DNA of 64,000 nt, taken from contig JAUVZJ010000003.1 in the NCBI GenBank assembly GCA_030602585.1, forward strand, positions 5,047-69,046, written 5' to 3'. The stretch's first letter is position 1; each line of letters starts with the position of its first letter. Origin of the DNA: Candidatus Methanophagales archaeon (lineage in GTDB: Archaea; Halobacteriota; Syntropharchaeia; Alkanophagales; Methanospirareceae). Both the position numbers and the translations under genes were made by a program. Below are positions 32,546-42,923 of this stretch, piece by piece. The notes under the pieces are model-generated. The model worked only from the letters and a program-made list of their open reading frames with translations, searched no databases and was not told the DNA's origin.

Positions 32546-32610
32546 ACGGCATCACCGCTCTATTTCATCCTTGATTTTAAAATATTATTCTTGTATATAA
32601 ATAAAAAGAG

Positions 32611-32650
32611 TTTTTGCATTTTTCATTTTGCACTCTGCATTTTGCAATTA
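32611..32650. repeat. 5x7-mer block R1 (TTTTGCA-TTTTTCA-TTTTGCA-CTCTGCA-TTTTGCA)
   Basis: Near-identical copies at 36825-36864, 39919-39958, 44490-44528, 45252-45291. Confidence 0.9.
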
Positions 32651-32656
32651 CGTTAT

Positions 32657-34873
32657 TTATATCTCCACCTCAATCACGGTCTTTTCCAGATACAACTGGA
32701 CACCGTGCTCATGTCCATAAAACTCAACAGACACAGTTTTTGCAGCAGCATTAACACTGACATTATAGTCGTGAGAATCGTCTAATCCTGATTCTTCAAG
32801 CTCCTTATTGAACCACTTATCCCAGATGGACGGATACTCAGTGGTAAGGTTGAGGGTTAAATTATCGAATTTATTGCTGAAGCTATCGTAGTCATTGTAG
32901 AAATTTTCCACCGAAGTTGTAGTTGCACCGGCGTAAGAACACCTGGCGCCGGTCAAATCAATCATAGAAATCTCTATTGCAGGGATGCCACTCTCGCTGG
33001 TGATATTAATAGGAGGTGGGTGAAGCATGAATCCGCCTTCCGGCTGCCATTTAATCACCGCACCGTGCTCATAGACAATCTCTTGGTTGGGGTAGTAGAG
33101 GTAATTGGTTTTGAATTTGATGATACCTGATGCCTCTTCCACAGCAGGACTACCACCTACTGGGTTGGAGGAGGAGTAATTTATGCGGACGGAATCCAAA
33201 ACTGGAGTCATAGAGTCATCATAAGTGCTCAATTCTGCACGATATTGAATATACTGATGCCAATCAAATGCAGAGGATAAATCGGAGATGACCTGTCCAT
33301 TTGAGACTGCGGGGCAGTTTTCCCACAGCGAGGCATTCCCCTTCATGACAGGAGACCTGCTTGTTCTTACTTTCATTACAATAGATGTATATTCATCTGT
33401 ATAAGCGTCCCAGGTCATATTACCGTAACAGGTGGTGGTATTCCCGGTGTCATATACACGTGAGACATAGTAACCGGCTGAATAATGAGGGACCGTAGAG
33501 ATGTAAGTGGTTGGATCTTTGTCAATGAGAGGAGTACCTCCGTTATCTCCGTTATCTCCGGAAGGACTGCCGGTACCGCCAGCGCCACCGGTGCCACCAG
33601 TCACCACATAATTTGCACCGACTTCGTTTATGCTTTCATAAGATATCTTGATTCTTCCACCTGCTCCGCCACCACCGCCACCACCGCCACATCTACTTGG
33701 CGGGGATCCACCACCACCAGCTCCTCCATGACCACCTTGAGCAGATAGCGTACCTGATATTGATACGCCAACTCCTCGAATGATGATGGCTCCGCCACTG
33801 CCACCGCCACCACCGCCGCCTGCTATTTCGGCTTCAGCGCCATCCATACCATTTGACCCGTCAGCGAAAATGTCACCCGCAATCGTTATCTGCGCAGCAT
33901 CCAGTAACACTGCACCACCTCCGTCACCTCCATCTCCTCCAGCTGCACCACTGAAAGGATTAGCGTGATGTGCTTCGCCATATCCACCACCACCACCAGA
34001 ACCAAATTCTATGGATGACGAAGTACTATCGCCATAAGAGCCGCCGCCTGTTCCAGCATCTTCCTCTGAAGTGGTGTTTCCTCCCAGACCGCCGTCACCA
34101 CCGTTTTCACCGTAGCCGGCACCACCGCCACCACTACCGCTATAGCCGAAACTTCCATAGCCCGCGCCGCCCCCTATTTTACCACCGTCACCGCCTAAAA
34201 AACCTCTATCATCCGCGATTATTTTGGATGTGGAATCTATGGTGATGGTATTGGCATAGAGCTTCAGGTAATAGCCGGGAACGAGGTATATGATGCTGTT
34301 ATTCGTGATTTCTACCTTATCGTAGTGATACTCACCGCTTAGGGTTGTAATCGCATTATCAAGGATGAGATCGCCATGCATAGTAAGTCGTAAAAGTTTA
34401 ATCGCGTTGAAAGTGGTGTCCACATTAACTCTAACTGTCTCGGCATCCGTAAAATCAGCGGTGGTGGTCTCTTCCCAGGAGTCGGGGGCAGGAGGCGGTG
34501 GTGTTGGTCCTCCAGTAACAGTGGGTGAAACCTTGAATATTTCAGTATCGGGAAGGAAGTTAAGGCTCGAGCCCGGAGGTGTCATGCCGAGGATAGGAAC
34601 TTTATCAGGCGCCATTTTTACAGGTATTGCGCCTCCAGCAAGTTCGCTCTCGCCCTTTTTCAACACGATTCCATCAATGAGTGTTTTCAGTTCTGAGAAG
34701 TCATCTGTGACCTCGGCTGTATGTAGCGCTTCAAAATCCTTGGTCCAGTCAGGGATATGAGAGGCAAAATAACTGGTTGATGCAACAATAAGGATAGCCA
34801 TAACGAGGACGGCACCAATCACCGTTGATTGCGCATCTTCAGATTGCAATAAATTTTTATTTCTCTCCTTCAT
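32657..34873 (-). CDS. Gly-rich pilin-like surface adhesin P1 (class III signal peptide)
   Basis: EDAQ|STVIG + hydrophobic helix; central GGxGG repeats; C-terminal NYLYYPNQEIVYEHGAVIK domain shared with P2-P4. Confidence 0.8.
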   Translation of the reverse strand: MKERNKNLLQSEDAQSTVIGAVLVMAILIVASTSYFASHIPDWTKDFEALHTAEVTDDFSELKTLIDGIVLKKGESELAGGAIPVKMAPDKVPILGMTPPGSSLNFLPDTEIFKVSPTVTGGPTPPPPAPDSWEETTTADFTDAETVRVNVDTTFNAIKLLRLTMHGDLILDNAITTLSGEYHYDKVEITNNSIIYLVPGYYLKLYANTITIDSTSKIIADDRGFLGGDGGKIGGGAGYGSFGYSGSGGGGAGYGENGGDGGLGGNTTSEEDAGTGGGSYGDSTSSSIEFGSGGGGGYGEAHHANPFSGAAGGDGGDGGGAVLLDAAQITIAGDIFADGSNGMDGAEAEIAGGGGGGGSGGAIIIRGVGVSISGTLSAQGGHGGAGGGGSPPSRCGGGGGGGGAGGRIKISYESINEVGANYVVTGGTGGAGGTGSPSGDNGDNGGTPLIDKDPTTYISTVPHYSAGYYVSRVYDTGNTTTCYGNMTWDAYTDEYTSIVMKVRTSRSPVMKGNASLWENCPAVSNGQVISDLSSAFDWHQYIQYRAELSTYDDSMTPVLDSVRINYSSSNPVGGSPAVEEASGIIKFKTNYLYYPNQEIVYEHGAVIKWQPEGGFMLHPPPINITSESGIPAIEISMIDLTGARCSYAGATTTSVENFYNDYDSFSNKFDNLTLNLTTEYPSIWDKWFNKELEESGLDDSHDYNVSVNAAAKTVSVEFYGHEHGVQLYLEKTVIEVEI

Positions 34874-34937
34874 TGTCTGTCGTGGTCTTAGATTTCAAAT
34901 AAACGCGATATTCATTTTCTTCTTTTGTTCGCCATAA

Positions 34938-35020
34938 ATATAAATGTATCCATTATTTGTAAATTATCTTTCATTAGTAGATATAAATGTATCCAATACT
35001 TATGAATTATCTTTGAATGA
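34938..35020 (-). promoter_or_regulatory. Tandem 43-bp promoter-like duplication upstream of P1 (also P2, P3)
   Basis: ATATAAATGTATCC units start at 34938/34981, 42287/42330, 39121/39165; each has TTTATA on the coding strand. Confidence 0.55.
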
Positions 35021-35452
35021 TAGACAAAAACGAGAAGAAGCAAGGTAATAACTGATGCGTTCAATGGTTCAATGGCGGCATGTAAAGAAAAGAGGTGAGA
35101 GTGCTTTATTGCATTTTTCTATTTGCATCAATTTGCACTCTTTTTAACTACAAGAACACACAGATTTTCATACAAACTTTCTTTTGAAAAGAAAGTGTTT
35201 TGTGAAAAAGAAAACCTGTGCTAAAAGAAAAACTAATTTCTTTGGTAAAGCTTTCTTTTTTAAAGAAAGGTTTGCTGTCGCATACCTTGTGCTCAGGAGC
35301 AGGAAGTAAGAGCAAAGCGAAAAAAAATCGAAAAAGTTTTTGAGGGGGAAAGGTTTTTATATTCTTTTTTATATATCTTTTATTATTGTTTAATTGAATA
35401 TGACTATGACTACAGTGGCAGAGATTCCAAAGGAAAGTAAGAGGTCTTTAAA

Positions 35453-35674
35453 ATGTCCGAGACAATGGGTATAAAGATATCCAAGGATTTGAAGGAAGAG
35501 ATGGTGAAATTTGAAGTAAATTGGTCAGAATACATCCGTGAATCAATAGATGAGAAATTAAAAGAATTAAGGAGGAAAAAAATAGCCGAACACTTGGATT
35601 CGATTAGAAAGAAAACCGCTGGTAAAAACATAAGCATGGCTAAAGAGATAATAGAATGGAGAAGGAAGCATTAG
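35453..35674 (+). CDS. vapB: RHH-type VapB antitoxin
   Basis: IKISKDLKEEM...NWSEYIRESI; overlaps PIN gene. Confidence 0.8.
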   Translation: MSETMGIKISKDLKEEMVKFEVNWSEYIRESIDEKLKELRRKKIAEHLDSIRKKTAGKNISMAKEIIEWRRKH

Positions 35675-36078
35675 TTTTAGATGCATCGGTAATAGTGAAG
35701 TGGTTTTGTGAAGAAGAGTATACGGACATTGCGCTGAGGATAAGAGATAGATTTTTTGGAGGGGAACTCAATGCTGTTGTTCCAGAATTAATGTTTTATG
35801 AAGTTTCAAATGCAATAAGATATAACGGGGTGCTGTCAATGGAAGAAAAACTTGAACTGATTGACGATGTGTTCTCAATGGATTTTGATGTAGTAACATC
35901 CAATAAGAAAATCCTATTAGAGGCAATGGAATCCGCATTAGATACGGATACGACGATTTATGATAACGTATATTTAGCAGTCGGTAGATTCAAAAGATGT
36001 AATCTTATTACAGCAGATAAGGTATTTCGAGACAAAATTAATACTAATGAAGTCATATTTATTGGAGAGTTGAAATGA
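35656..36078 (+). CDS. vapC: PIN (VapC) toxin
   Basis: VLDASVIVKW, YEV.NA, TIYD.VY, LITAD. Confidence 0.9.
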   Translation: MEKEALVLDASVIVKWFCEEEYTDIALRIRDRFFGGELNAVVPELMFYEVSNAIRYNGVLSMEEKLELIDDVFSMDFDVVTSNKKILLEAMESALDTDTTIYDNVYLAVGRFKRCNLITADKVFRDKINTNEVIFIGELK

Positions 36079-36220
36079 CACTTTTTCTTTTCAGGAAAAA
36101 GAAAACTAAGCCCTTACAGGGCTTGCGGGTAAACCCTTACAGGGTTTTCGGAGTGGTAGGGGGCGGAGTCCCTACATGGGGCAGAGCCCCACAGAGGTAA
36201 AAAAGTTGTTGGTAATTAAT

Positions 36221-36410
36221 ATGGCAACAACAATTACAATTAAGGAGGATACGAAGAAGGTTTTAGCAACGTTGAAGGGGAATAAGGACTGGGATTCTTT
36301 TTTGAAAGAGCTTGCCTTTGAATCAGGCTCTTTAGCGACAAGAAGGGAGCTTATAAGAAAGAGGTTGGAAGAACTTTTTGTTGAATAAATTCGGGCTAAA
36401 TCTGAAGAAA
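36221..36410 (+). pseudogene. Deleted copy of the 44616-45172 VapBC module (antitoxin 5' part fused to toxin 3' end)
   Basis: Identical to 44616-44780, then continues with 45133-4515x sequence; junction TTGAA. Confidence 0.9.
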
Positions 36411-36470
36411 TAACAAATAAACTTATTTATAGTCTCATGACCTTCTATTATTAGGTGATGGAAAAAGGAA

Positions 36471-36632
36471 ATGGAAATGGAAAAAAGGTTTGAATACGTG
36501 ATAAAAATTGATGGGAAAGATGTCTGGCATGGACTGAATCCTGAGAAAAAATTTGATGAAATAGTGGCAAAAAACCCTGAAAAAAAGGTTTCAGTGGCAT
36601 GGCGGACACATGAAAAGGTTTTAATATGTTAA
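36471..36632 (+). CDS. Small protein (DUF5678-like), absent from the ORF track
   Basis: MEMEKRFEYVIKIDGKDVWHGLNPEKKFDEIVAKNPEKKVSVAWRTHEKVLIC (53 aa) after TAGGTG RBS. Confidence 0.5.
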   Translation: MEMEKRFEYVIKIDGKDVWHGLNPEKKFDEIVAKNPEKKVSVAWRTHEKVLIC

Positions 36633-36639
36633 ACTGAAC

Positions 36640-36760
36640 ATGGAAAAAGAATTTGATTATAAACCGGAAAAAAGCGATGGATTTGGTGGTGTCAAAAGAC
36701 CAAGGATAGATATCCAAATCTTTTCAAAAAAGAAAAATAAAATCTTAAAAGTTATCTTTT
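36640..36760 (+). pseudogene. N-terminal fragment of a retropepsin-like aspartic protease, cut by an AT-rich repeat
   Basis: FDYK..S..FG.V.RP.I.I motif; runs into repeat sequence before any DTG motif. Confidence 0.4.
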
Positions 36761-36824
36761 TCGGTAAAGCCTTTTTCTTTAGAAAGAGGGCTTTAGCACA
36801 GGTTTTCTTTAAAAAGAAAAAGTG

Positions 36825-36864
36825 TTTTTGCATTTTTCATTTTGCACTCTGCATTTTGCAATTA
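36825..36864. repeat. 5x7-mer block R2
   Basis: Same block, 16 bp beyond P2 stop. Confidence 0.9.
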
Positions 36865-36880
36865 GTTACTTACTAACTAC

Positions 36881-39025
36881 TCATATCTCCACCTCAACCG
36901 CGGTCTTTTCCAGATACAACTCAACACCACCCTCGTTACCGTAAAACTTTACTTCCACATTTTTACCTGTAACACTGACATCAAAATAAGAATCGTCTAA
37001 TTCTGATTCTTCAAGCGTCTTATCAAACCAGTTACCCCATACGGAAGGATAGTCAGTGGTGATATTGATAGTCAAACCTGGGTATTTCAAACCGTCAGCG
37101 AGCAAAGTGTAGCTTTTGAAACGGTTTTTCACAGATGTCGAAGTTCCACCAGAGTAAGAATAGTTGGCGCCGGTCAAATCAACCAGAGAAATTCTTATTG
37201 TCGGGATGCCACTCTCGTTGGAGATAAGAATAGGAGGAGCTTGAAGCATGTATCCTCCTTCATTTTGATACTTAATCACCGCGCCGTGCTCATAGACAAT
37301 CTCCTGGTTTGGGTAGTAAAGGTAGTTGCTTCTGAATTTGATGCTTCCGGAGGCGTTTGCCAGAATAGGACTTTGAGCAGGGAAGGAATAATTGACTTTA
37401 GTTCGGGTCAAAGCAGGTGTCTTACTGTCATCATCGGTGGACAATTCCGCACGATACTGAATGTAGCGATGTGCAACCGGGGATACTGAGCCTACATCCG
37501 ACAAATCAATTACGTTTTCTCCATTATCCGATGAGAGCCCGGGGCAGTCATCCCAGGGAGTTGCGTAAACCATGTTTTCATTCCAGTCTGTTCTGACCTT
37601 CATAACAATGTCTTGACCTGCCAAAGTAGCGTCCCAGGTCATCTCGCCATAACCTACGCTGTCATCTCCCGTATCATGCACGGTGGAAACGAAGTAACCG
37701 GATGAATAGTAAGTGACATCGATGGAAGAGGTGTCGTAAGCCTTTTGCTCCTTGTGATAGGTACCATCATCTCCCTTACTACCCGCTGGACTTCCACTAC
37801 CTTTTTCTCCACTATCCACTGACCACGTTGGACTAACACTTCCTATTTCATAAAATACTTTGATTCTTCCGCCGGCTCCACTTCCACCACCATCACCTTT
37901 ATCGTTACCATCTCCTCCATCACCACCGTTTGCAGAAAGCGTGGCTGTGCCTGAGATTGTAACGTCTTTTCCATGTATCAGAATGCCGCCTCCACTGCCT
38001 CCACCACCACCGCCTGCATCATCCCTGTTAGAGCCAATGCCATCCTCAGCATCTACACCGTTGGCAGAAATGGTTCCGTCAATGGTTATTTCTTCGGCAT
38101 TCAGCCAGACGCCTCCACCGCCTGTTCCACCAGCTCCACCAGTTCCCTGATCATCTCCACCACCACCACCACCGGAGCCCATTTGTATGATTACGGAAGT
38201 TTCATCGCCATACAACACTCCTCCATCTCCTGCTTGACTTCCACCACCGTCTCCGCCATCTCCACCATAACCAGCACCACCACCTCCGTCATCGTCATCT
38301 CCTGCTTCTCCGGCACCTGTGCCAGAACCCGCTACCTCATTGTTACCACCGGAATACCCGCTGCCGTCGGTATCTATTTTTGAGCTGGCATCTATGATGA
38401 TGTTGTTGGCGAAGATTTTCAAAACTCCCGAAGCAGGAGTAACGGATAAAACGCTATTGTTTGTGATTATGACCTCCTCGTAGTAATGAATATATGGGTA
38501 GTATATGTCTCCTGTTATCTCCATCTCCGTATTATCTATGATTAAATCAGTAGTGGTAGGCGAAGAAAGCATTACCGCGTTAGAGAGGACACTCACCCTA
38601 CTGGAGTTATCATAGTCGTAATAATCGGTGAAAGTTGAATTAGGCACTGTCCAATTTCCGCTTCCGCCACCACCACCTCCAACCGGGACTATGAGCTCGA
38701 ATTTTTCTGCTTCCGGCTCGAAGACCATGTTTGACCCTGGCGGTGAGATACCGAAGATAGGGACTTCCTCAGGACACATTTTTATGTTTGAAGTTCTCTC
38801 AAAAAGCTCTCCTTTTATTCCATCAATTAGCGTTTTCTGTTCTGAGAAGTCATCTTCGACGTCGGCGGTATGTAGAGATTCAAAATCCTTCGTCCACTCG
38901 GGGACTTGAGTGGCGAAATAAATGGATGATGCAGCAATAAAGATACCCATAATTAGGACGACACCAATCACCGTTGATTGTGCATCTTCCGATTGCAGTA
39001 AGTTTTTATTTTTTTTCATGGGCAT
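36881..39025 (-). CDS. Gly-rich pilin-like surface adhesin P2
   Basis: Same N- and C-terminal domains as P1, divergent Gly-rich middle. Confidence 0.8.
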   Translation of the reverse strand: MPMKKNKNLLQSEDAQSTVIGVVLIMGIFIAASSIYFATQVPEWTKDFESLHTADVEDDFSEQKTLIDGIKGELFERTSNIKMCPEEVPIFGISPPGSNMVFEPEAEKFELIVPVGGGGGGSGNWTVPNSTFTDYYDYDNSSRVSVLSNAVMLSSPTTTDLIIDNTEMEITGDIYYPYIHYYEEVIITNNSVLSVTPASGVLKIFANNIIIDASSKIDTDGSGYSGGNNEVAGSGTGAGEAGDDDDGGGGAGYGGDGGDGGGSQAGDGGVLYGDETSVIIQMGSGGGGGGDDQGTGGAGGTGGGGVWLNAEEITIDGTISANGVDAEDGIGSNRDDAGGGGGGSGGGILIHGKDVTISGTATLSANGGDGGDGNDKGDGGGSGAGGRIKVFYEIGSVSPTWSVDSGEKGSGSPAGSKGDDGTYHKEQKAYDTSSIDVTYYSSGYFVSTVHDTGDDSVGYGEMTWDATLAGQDIVMKVRTDWNENMVYATPWDDCPGLSSDNGENVIDLSDVGSVSPVAHRYIQYRAELSTDDDSKTPALTRTKVNYSFPAQSPILANASGSIKFRSNYLYYPNQEIVYEHGAVIKYQNEGGYMLQAPPILISNESGIPTIRISLVDLTGANYSYSGGTSTSVKNRFKSYTLLADGLKYPGLTINITTDYPSVWGNWFDKTLEESELDDSYFDVSVTGKNVEVKFYGNEGGVELYLEKTAVEVEI

Positions 39026-39267
39026 GGTCCAGGATTTTAAATAAAAGAAATATCCAATACCCCTTTCGTTCAGAATTAAACGTAAGAGTATGCTCTATTA
39101 TATAAAAAGTAAATACTAATATATAAATGTATATGTTATTATATAAATTATCGTTCAATAATGAATATAAAAGTATCAAATATCTGTAAAATCTTTAAAT
39201 GATAGAATGATAGACAAAACGAGAAGAAGCAGGTTAAAGGAATTATCGCAGCTTTGAAAAAATAGGT

Positions 39268-39693
39268 TTATTCTGGTGTGATTATCTCCAAAAAATCAAC
39301 CCGCTCGAAATCAGGATCAAATGTAGCAATTTTATTGATGTCATAATGTTTGCACGTTGCTGCGATTAATGCGTCATTTGGAAGTAAGCCATATTTCTTG
39401 ATGAGCCCTTCTGCCTCACTCTTGACAGCCTCACCGACATCAAGCGTCCTGTATCTTCCCAGTAACTCCACGATGTCATTGAGTTCAACTGACTTCACGA
39501 GCGCAGGCTGTTTCTTCAATTCGTAGGACTTCTTCCCCGTTTCCGCCTTAATATAGACGAACAAGACTTCCGAAAAGACGATGTCATTGATACACCCTTC
39601 GAGACCTGAATACTCCTCGAGAAGTGTTTTTGCCTTTTCTTTCCCTTCTAAAAAGTCCAGGAAGACGCTTGAGTCAATAAATACCCCATTCAT
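39268..39693 (-). CDS. vapC: PIN (VapC) toxin, intact
   Basis: FIDSSVFLD, VFSEV, LLPNDALIAATC, FDPDF. Confidence 0.9.
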   Translation of the reverse strand: MNGVFIDSSVFLDFLEGKEKAKTLLEEYSGLEGCINDIVFSEVLFVYIKAETGKKSYELKKQPALVKSVELNDIVELLGRYRTLDVGEAVKSEAEGLIKKYGLLPNDALIAATCKHYDINKIATFDPDFERVDFLEIITPE

Positions 39694-39862
39694 CTTCGGT
39701 TTCCTCTAAGAGCTTCGCTAAATCTTTTCCACGGAAAATCCCAAAAAGATTCTCAGGCAACTTCTTTATTTCGACCTTTATCTTTTCCCCTTCCTCAAGT
39801 TCTACCTTTTCCAGTGGCTTAAACACGCCATCCTTATACACTACCTCAATCGTTTTTTGCAT
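39674..39862 (-). CDS. DUF104/AF2212-family antitoxin (copy 2)
   Basis: [20 protein letters not shown]; overlaps toxin start. Confidence 0.9.
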   Translation of the reverse strand: MQKTIEVVYKDGVFKPLEKVELEEGEKIKVEIKKLPENLFGIFRGKDLAKLLEETEDEWGIY

Positions 39863-39918
39863 CTGCCATCGCCTCTCTATTTCATCCTTGATTTTAAAAT
39901 ATTATTCTTTCATATAAG

Positions 39919-39958
39919 TTTTTGCATTTTTCATTTTGCAATCTGCATTTTGCAATTA
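39919..39958. repeat. 5x7-mer block R3
   Basis: Same block. Confidence 0.9.
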
Positions 39959-39959
39959 T

Positions 39960-40125
39960 CTTGACATTGTCAGATTAACCGCAGAGTTCACGGAGAACGC
40001 AGAGAATGTAGGTTTAGAGGTTTAGGTTTTAGGGTTACTAATACCTGACAACTAACCCCTAACCCCTTATTTTCTCTGTGAACTCAGCGTTCTCGGCGGT
40101 AAATTTTAAATATGACAAAGTCAAG
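39960..40125. mobile_element. 166-bp MITE copy 2
   Basis: Near-identical to copy 1; flanks TTAT/TTAG. Confidence 0.85.
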
Positions 40126-40140
40126 TTAGTTACTTACTAC

Positions 40141-42264
40141 TCATATCTCCACCTCAATCACTGTCTTTTCAAAATACAACTCAACACCATCTTCTTTACC
40201 GTAAAACTTTACTTCCACGTTCACATCGGTAACACTGACATTAAAATAAGAAGTGTCTAATTCTGATTCTTCAAGCGTCGTATTAAACCAGCTACCCCAT
40301 ACGGAAGGATAGTCAGTGGTGAGATTGATAGTCAAATTCGGGTATTTCAAACAGTCAGCTAACAATGTGTAGCTTTTGTAACTGCTTTTCACCGATGTCG
40401 TAGTTGCACCGGAGTAAGAATAGTCGGCGCCGGTCAAATCCACAGTGGAAATGCCTATTTCGGGAATGCCGCTTACTTCGTTTTTGGTGATTTCAATAAG
40501 AGGAGGTTGAAGCATGATTCCGCCTTCTCTTTGATACTTAATCACCGCACCGTGCTCATAGACAATCTCCTGGTTGGGGTAGTAGAGGTAGTTGCTCTGG
40601 AACTTGATGCTTCCGGAGGAGGTTGCTACGGTAGGACTTTCCGCGGATAAGGAATAATTGATTTTGACCTCGCGCAAAACTGGTGTCGTAGCGGTATCGT
40701 CGGTGGATAATTCCGCACAATACTGAACGTAGCGATGACCATCGGATACAGAGGATAACCCGGAGATGTCCGAACCATTTGATACTGCGGGGCAGTAAGC
40801 CCAATCGGGAGAGGCACGCATGTCATCAAACATGTCTGTTCGGACTTTCATTACAATGGTCTGGTTGTTCAAAGTAGCGTCCCACGTCATTTCGCCGTAA
40901 CATGTGCTGTCGCTTGTCGTATTATATATCTCGGATATGAGGTGACCGGATGAGTAGTGCGTGATGGAGGAGGTGTATGTAATAGTTTCGTTATGAATGC
41001 TTCCACTTCCACCACCTGCTCCACCAGCTATCACATAATTTGCACCGCTTTCGTCCAGGGTATCATGAAATATCTTGATTCTTCCACCTGCTCCAGCTCC
41101 ACCATCACCTCCAGTTCCCCCTCCACTAGCTCCACCATTACCACCTTTCGCGGAGAGTGTGCCGGAGATTGTAACGTTTTTTCCACGAATCAGAATTTCA
41201 CCTCCACTGCCTCCGCCGCCGCCTCCATCATTTGACTTTGTACCCGGCAGCCCATAATCACCATCAGCATAAACGATTCCGAAAATGTTTATTTCCTCGG
41301 CGTCCAACCAGATTGCTCCACCACCGCTTCCGCCACTTCCCCCTCCAGCGTTTCCAGTGCCGCCGCCGCCACCACCGGAGCCTATTTCTATGGAAACGGA
41401 TGTTTCATCACCATAATAGCTTCCGCCCTCTCCTCCAGACGTTCCACCACCGTCACCACCGGAAGCACCGTAGCCAGCGCCACCGCCTCCACTACCACCA
41501 GATCCAAGCCCCCCATAACCGGGACCAAAGCCTACTCTATCACCAGTACCACCCAGATACCCCACAAGATCGGCAGTTATAATTGCGCCGGAATCTACGG
41601 AGATGTTACTTGCGTGGATTTTCAAAAATCCTGTAACATGAGAAACATACAAAATAGCAGTGTTTTTGATTATAACCTGATCATAGGAATGCTCACCTCC
41701 TAATTGTATAGTATCTCCAGGCTCTAAAATCAAATCTCCTTCAGGAGTGAGCTTTGAAAGCTTCACCTCGTTAGAGTAATTATCCACCTGATAGGCAACT
41801 TTATAAGGAAAACCAGTAGTTGCATTATGCTCCCACGTCCCACTGCCACTGCCGCCACCGCCCCCAGTGGGGACTCCAAGCTCTAATTTTTCATCATGAG
41901 GATTAACGATCAGGTTTGACCCTGGCGGGGACATACCGAAGATAGGGACTTTATCAGGCACCATTTTTATAGGTATAGCGCCTCCGGCAAGTTCGCTCTC
42001 GCCCTTTTTTAACACGATTCCATCAATAAGCGCTTTCAGTTCTGATAAGTCATCTGCGACTTCGGCTGTATGTAGCGCTTCATGATCCTCGGTCCAATCA
42101 GGGACTTGAATGGCGAAATAAATGGACGATGTCGCAATAAGGATACCGATAATCAGGACGAAGCCAATCACCGTTGATTGTGCATCTTCGGATTGCAGTA
42201 AGTTTTTATTTTTCTCCTTCATTGTCTGCCGTGGTCTTAGATTCCAAATAAAAGAAGTATTCAT
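40141..42264 (-). CDS. Gly-rich pilin-like surface adhesin P3
   Basis: As P1; true start probably ATG 42222 (MKEKNKNLLQSEDAQ). Confidence 0.8.
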   Translation of the reverse strand: MNTSFIWNLRPRQTMKEKNKNLLQSEDAQSTVIGFVLIIGILIATSSIYFAIQVPDWTEDHEALHTAEVADDLSELKALIDGIVLKKGESELAGGAIPIKMVPDKVPIFGMSPPGSNLIVNPHDEKLELGVPTGGGGGSGSGTWEHNATTGFPYKVAYQVDNYSNEVKLSKLTPEGDLILEPGDTIQLGGEHSYDQVIIKNTAILYVSHVTGFLKIHASNISVDSGAIITADLVGYLGGTGDRVGFGPGYGGLGSGGSGGGGAGYGASGGDGGGTSGGEGGSYYGDETSVSIEIGSGGGGGGTGNAGGGSGGSGGGAIWLDAEEINIFGIVYADGDYGLPGTKSNDGGGGGGSGGEILIRGKNVTISGTLSAKGGNGGASGGGTGGDGGAGAGGRIKIFHDTLDESGANYVIAGGAGGGSGSIHNETITYTSSITHYSSGHLISEIYNTTSDSTCYGEMTWDATLNNQTIVMKVRTDMFDDMRASPDWAYCPAVSNGSDISGLSSVSDGHRYVQYCAELSTDDTATTPVLREVKINYSLSAESPTVATSSGSIKFQSNYLYYPNQEIVYEHGAVIKYQREGGIMLQPPLIEITKNEVSGIPEIGISTVDLTGADYSYSGATTTSVKSSYKSYTLLADCLKYPNLTINLTTDYPSVWGSWFNTTLEESELDTSYFNVSVTDVNVEVKFYGKEDGVELYFEKTVIEVEI

Positions 42265-42430
42265 TTCCTTCTTTTGTTCAGGATAAATATAAATGTATCC
42301 AGTATTTGTAAATTATCTCTCATTAATGGATATAAAGGTATCGGATATTTGTAAATTATCTTTAAATGATAGACAAAAACGAGAAGAATCAGGTTAAAGG
42401 AATTATCGCAGTGTTGAAAAAAAAATAAAT

Positions 42431-42923
42431 TTATTCTGGTGCGATTATCTCCAGAAAATCAACTCGCTCGAAATCGGCATCGAATGAAGCAATCTTTCTG
42501 ATTCTTTGATGCTTGCAAGTTGCGGCGATTAATGCGTCGTTTGGAAGTAAGTGATATTCCTTAATAACTTCCTTAGAAACATCGAAAATTTCTTCGTTCA
42601 ATTCTAAGACAACCAACTTATCCTTTATTGAATTAAGCAGATGTAGCCTATCTACTATTAACTTCTTCCCTCTGCCTTTCTCGAATTCCTTTTTCATTCT
42701 GAAAAAACTGTATTTCTCGGTGTTTAATTCGTCTAAAACGCTACTAACAATGATTTTGAAACTTGCCTCTTCAAGAACATTAACGGGTATGTGCAAAAGA
42801 TAGATGGAGAGTTTTCTTAGAACTTCGAGTTCGCCTTCAAGTATAACTTTCAGATTGCGAAGCATTTTGATCAAACTTTCCTAAAGTTTGAACGGTTGTA
42901 TCAATCAAGCATTTTTCCTTCAT
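42431..42923 (-). pseudogene. vapC: PIN (VapC) toxin frameshifted by a 37-bp hairpin insertion
   Basis: [11 protein letters not shown] (42923) joins LKVILEGE only if 42854-42890 is removed; 3' end LLPNDALIAATC. Confidence 0.8.

Noticed and set aside
36760-36876. C-terminal half of the 78-aa ORF at 36640 (and similar FCIFHFALCILQL ORF ends, e.g. 32540)
   Set aside because: Translation of the AT-rich and 7-mer repeats, not protein.
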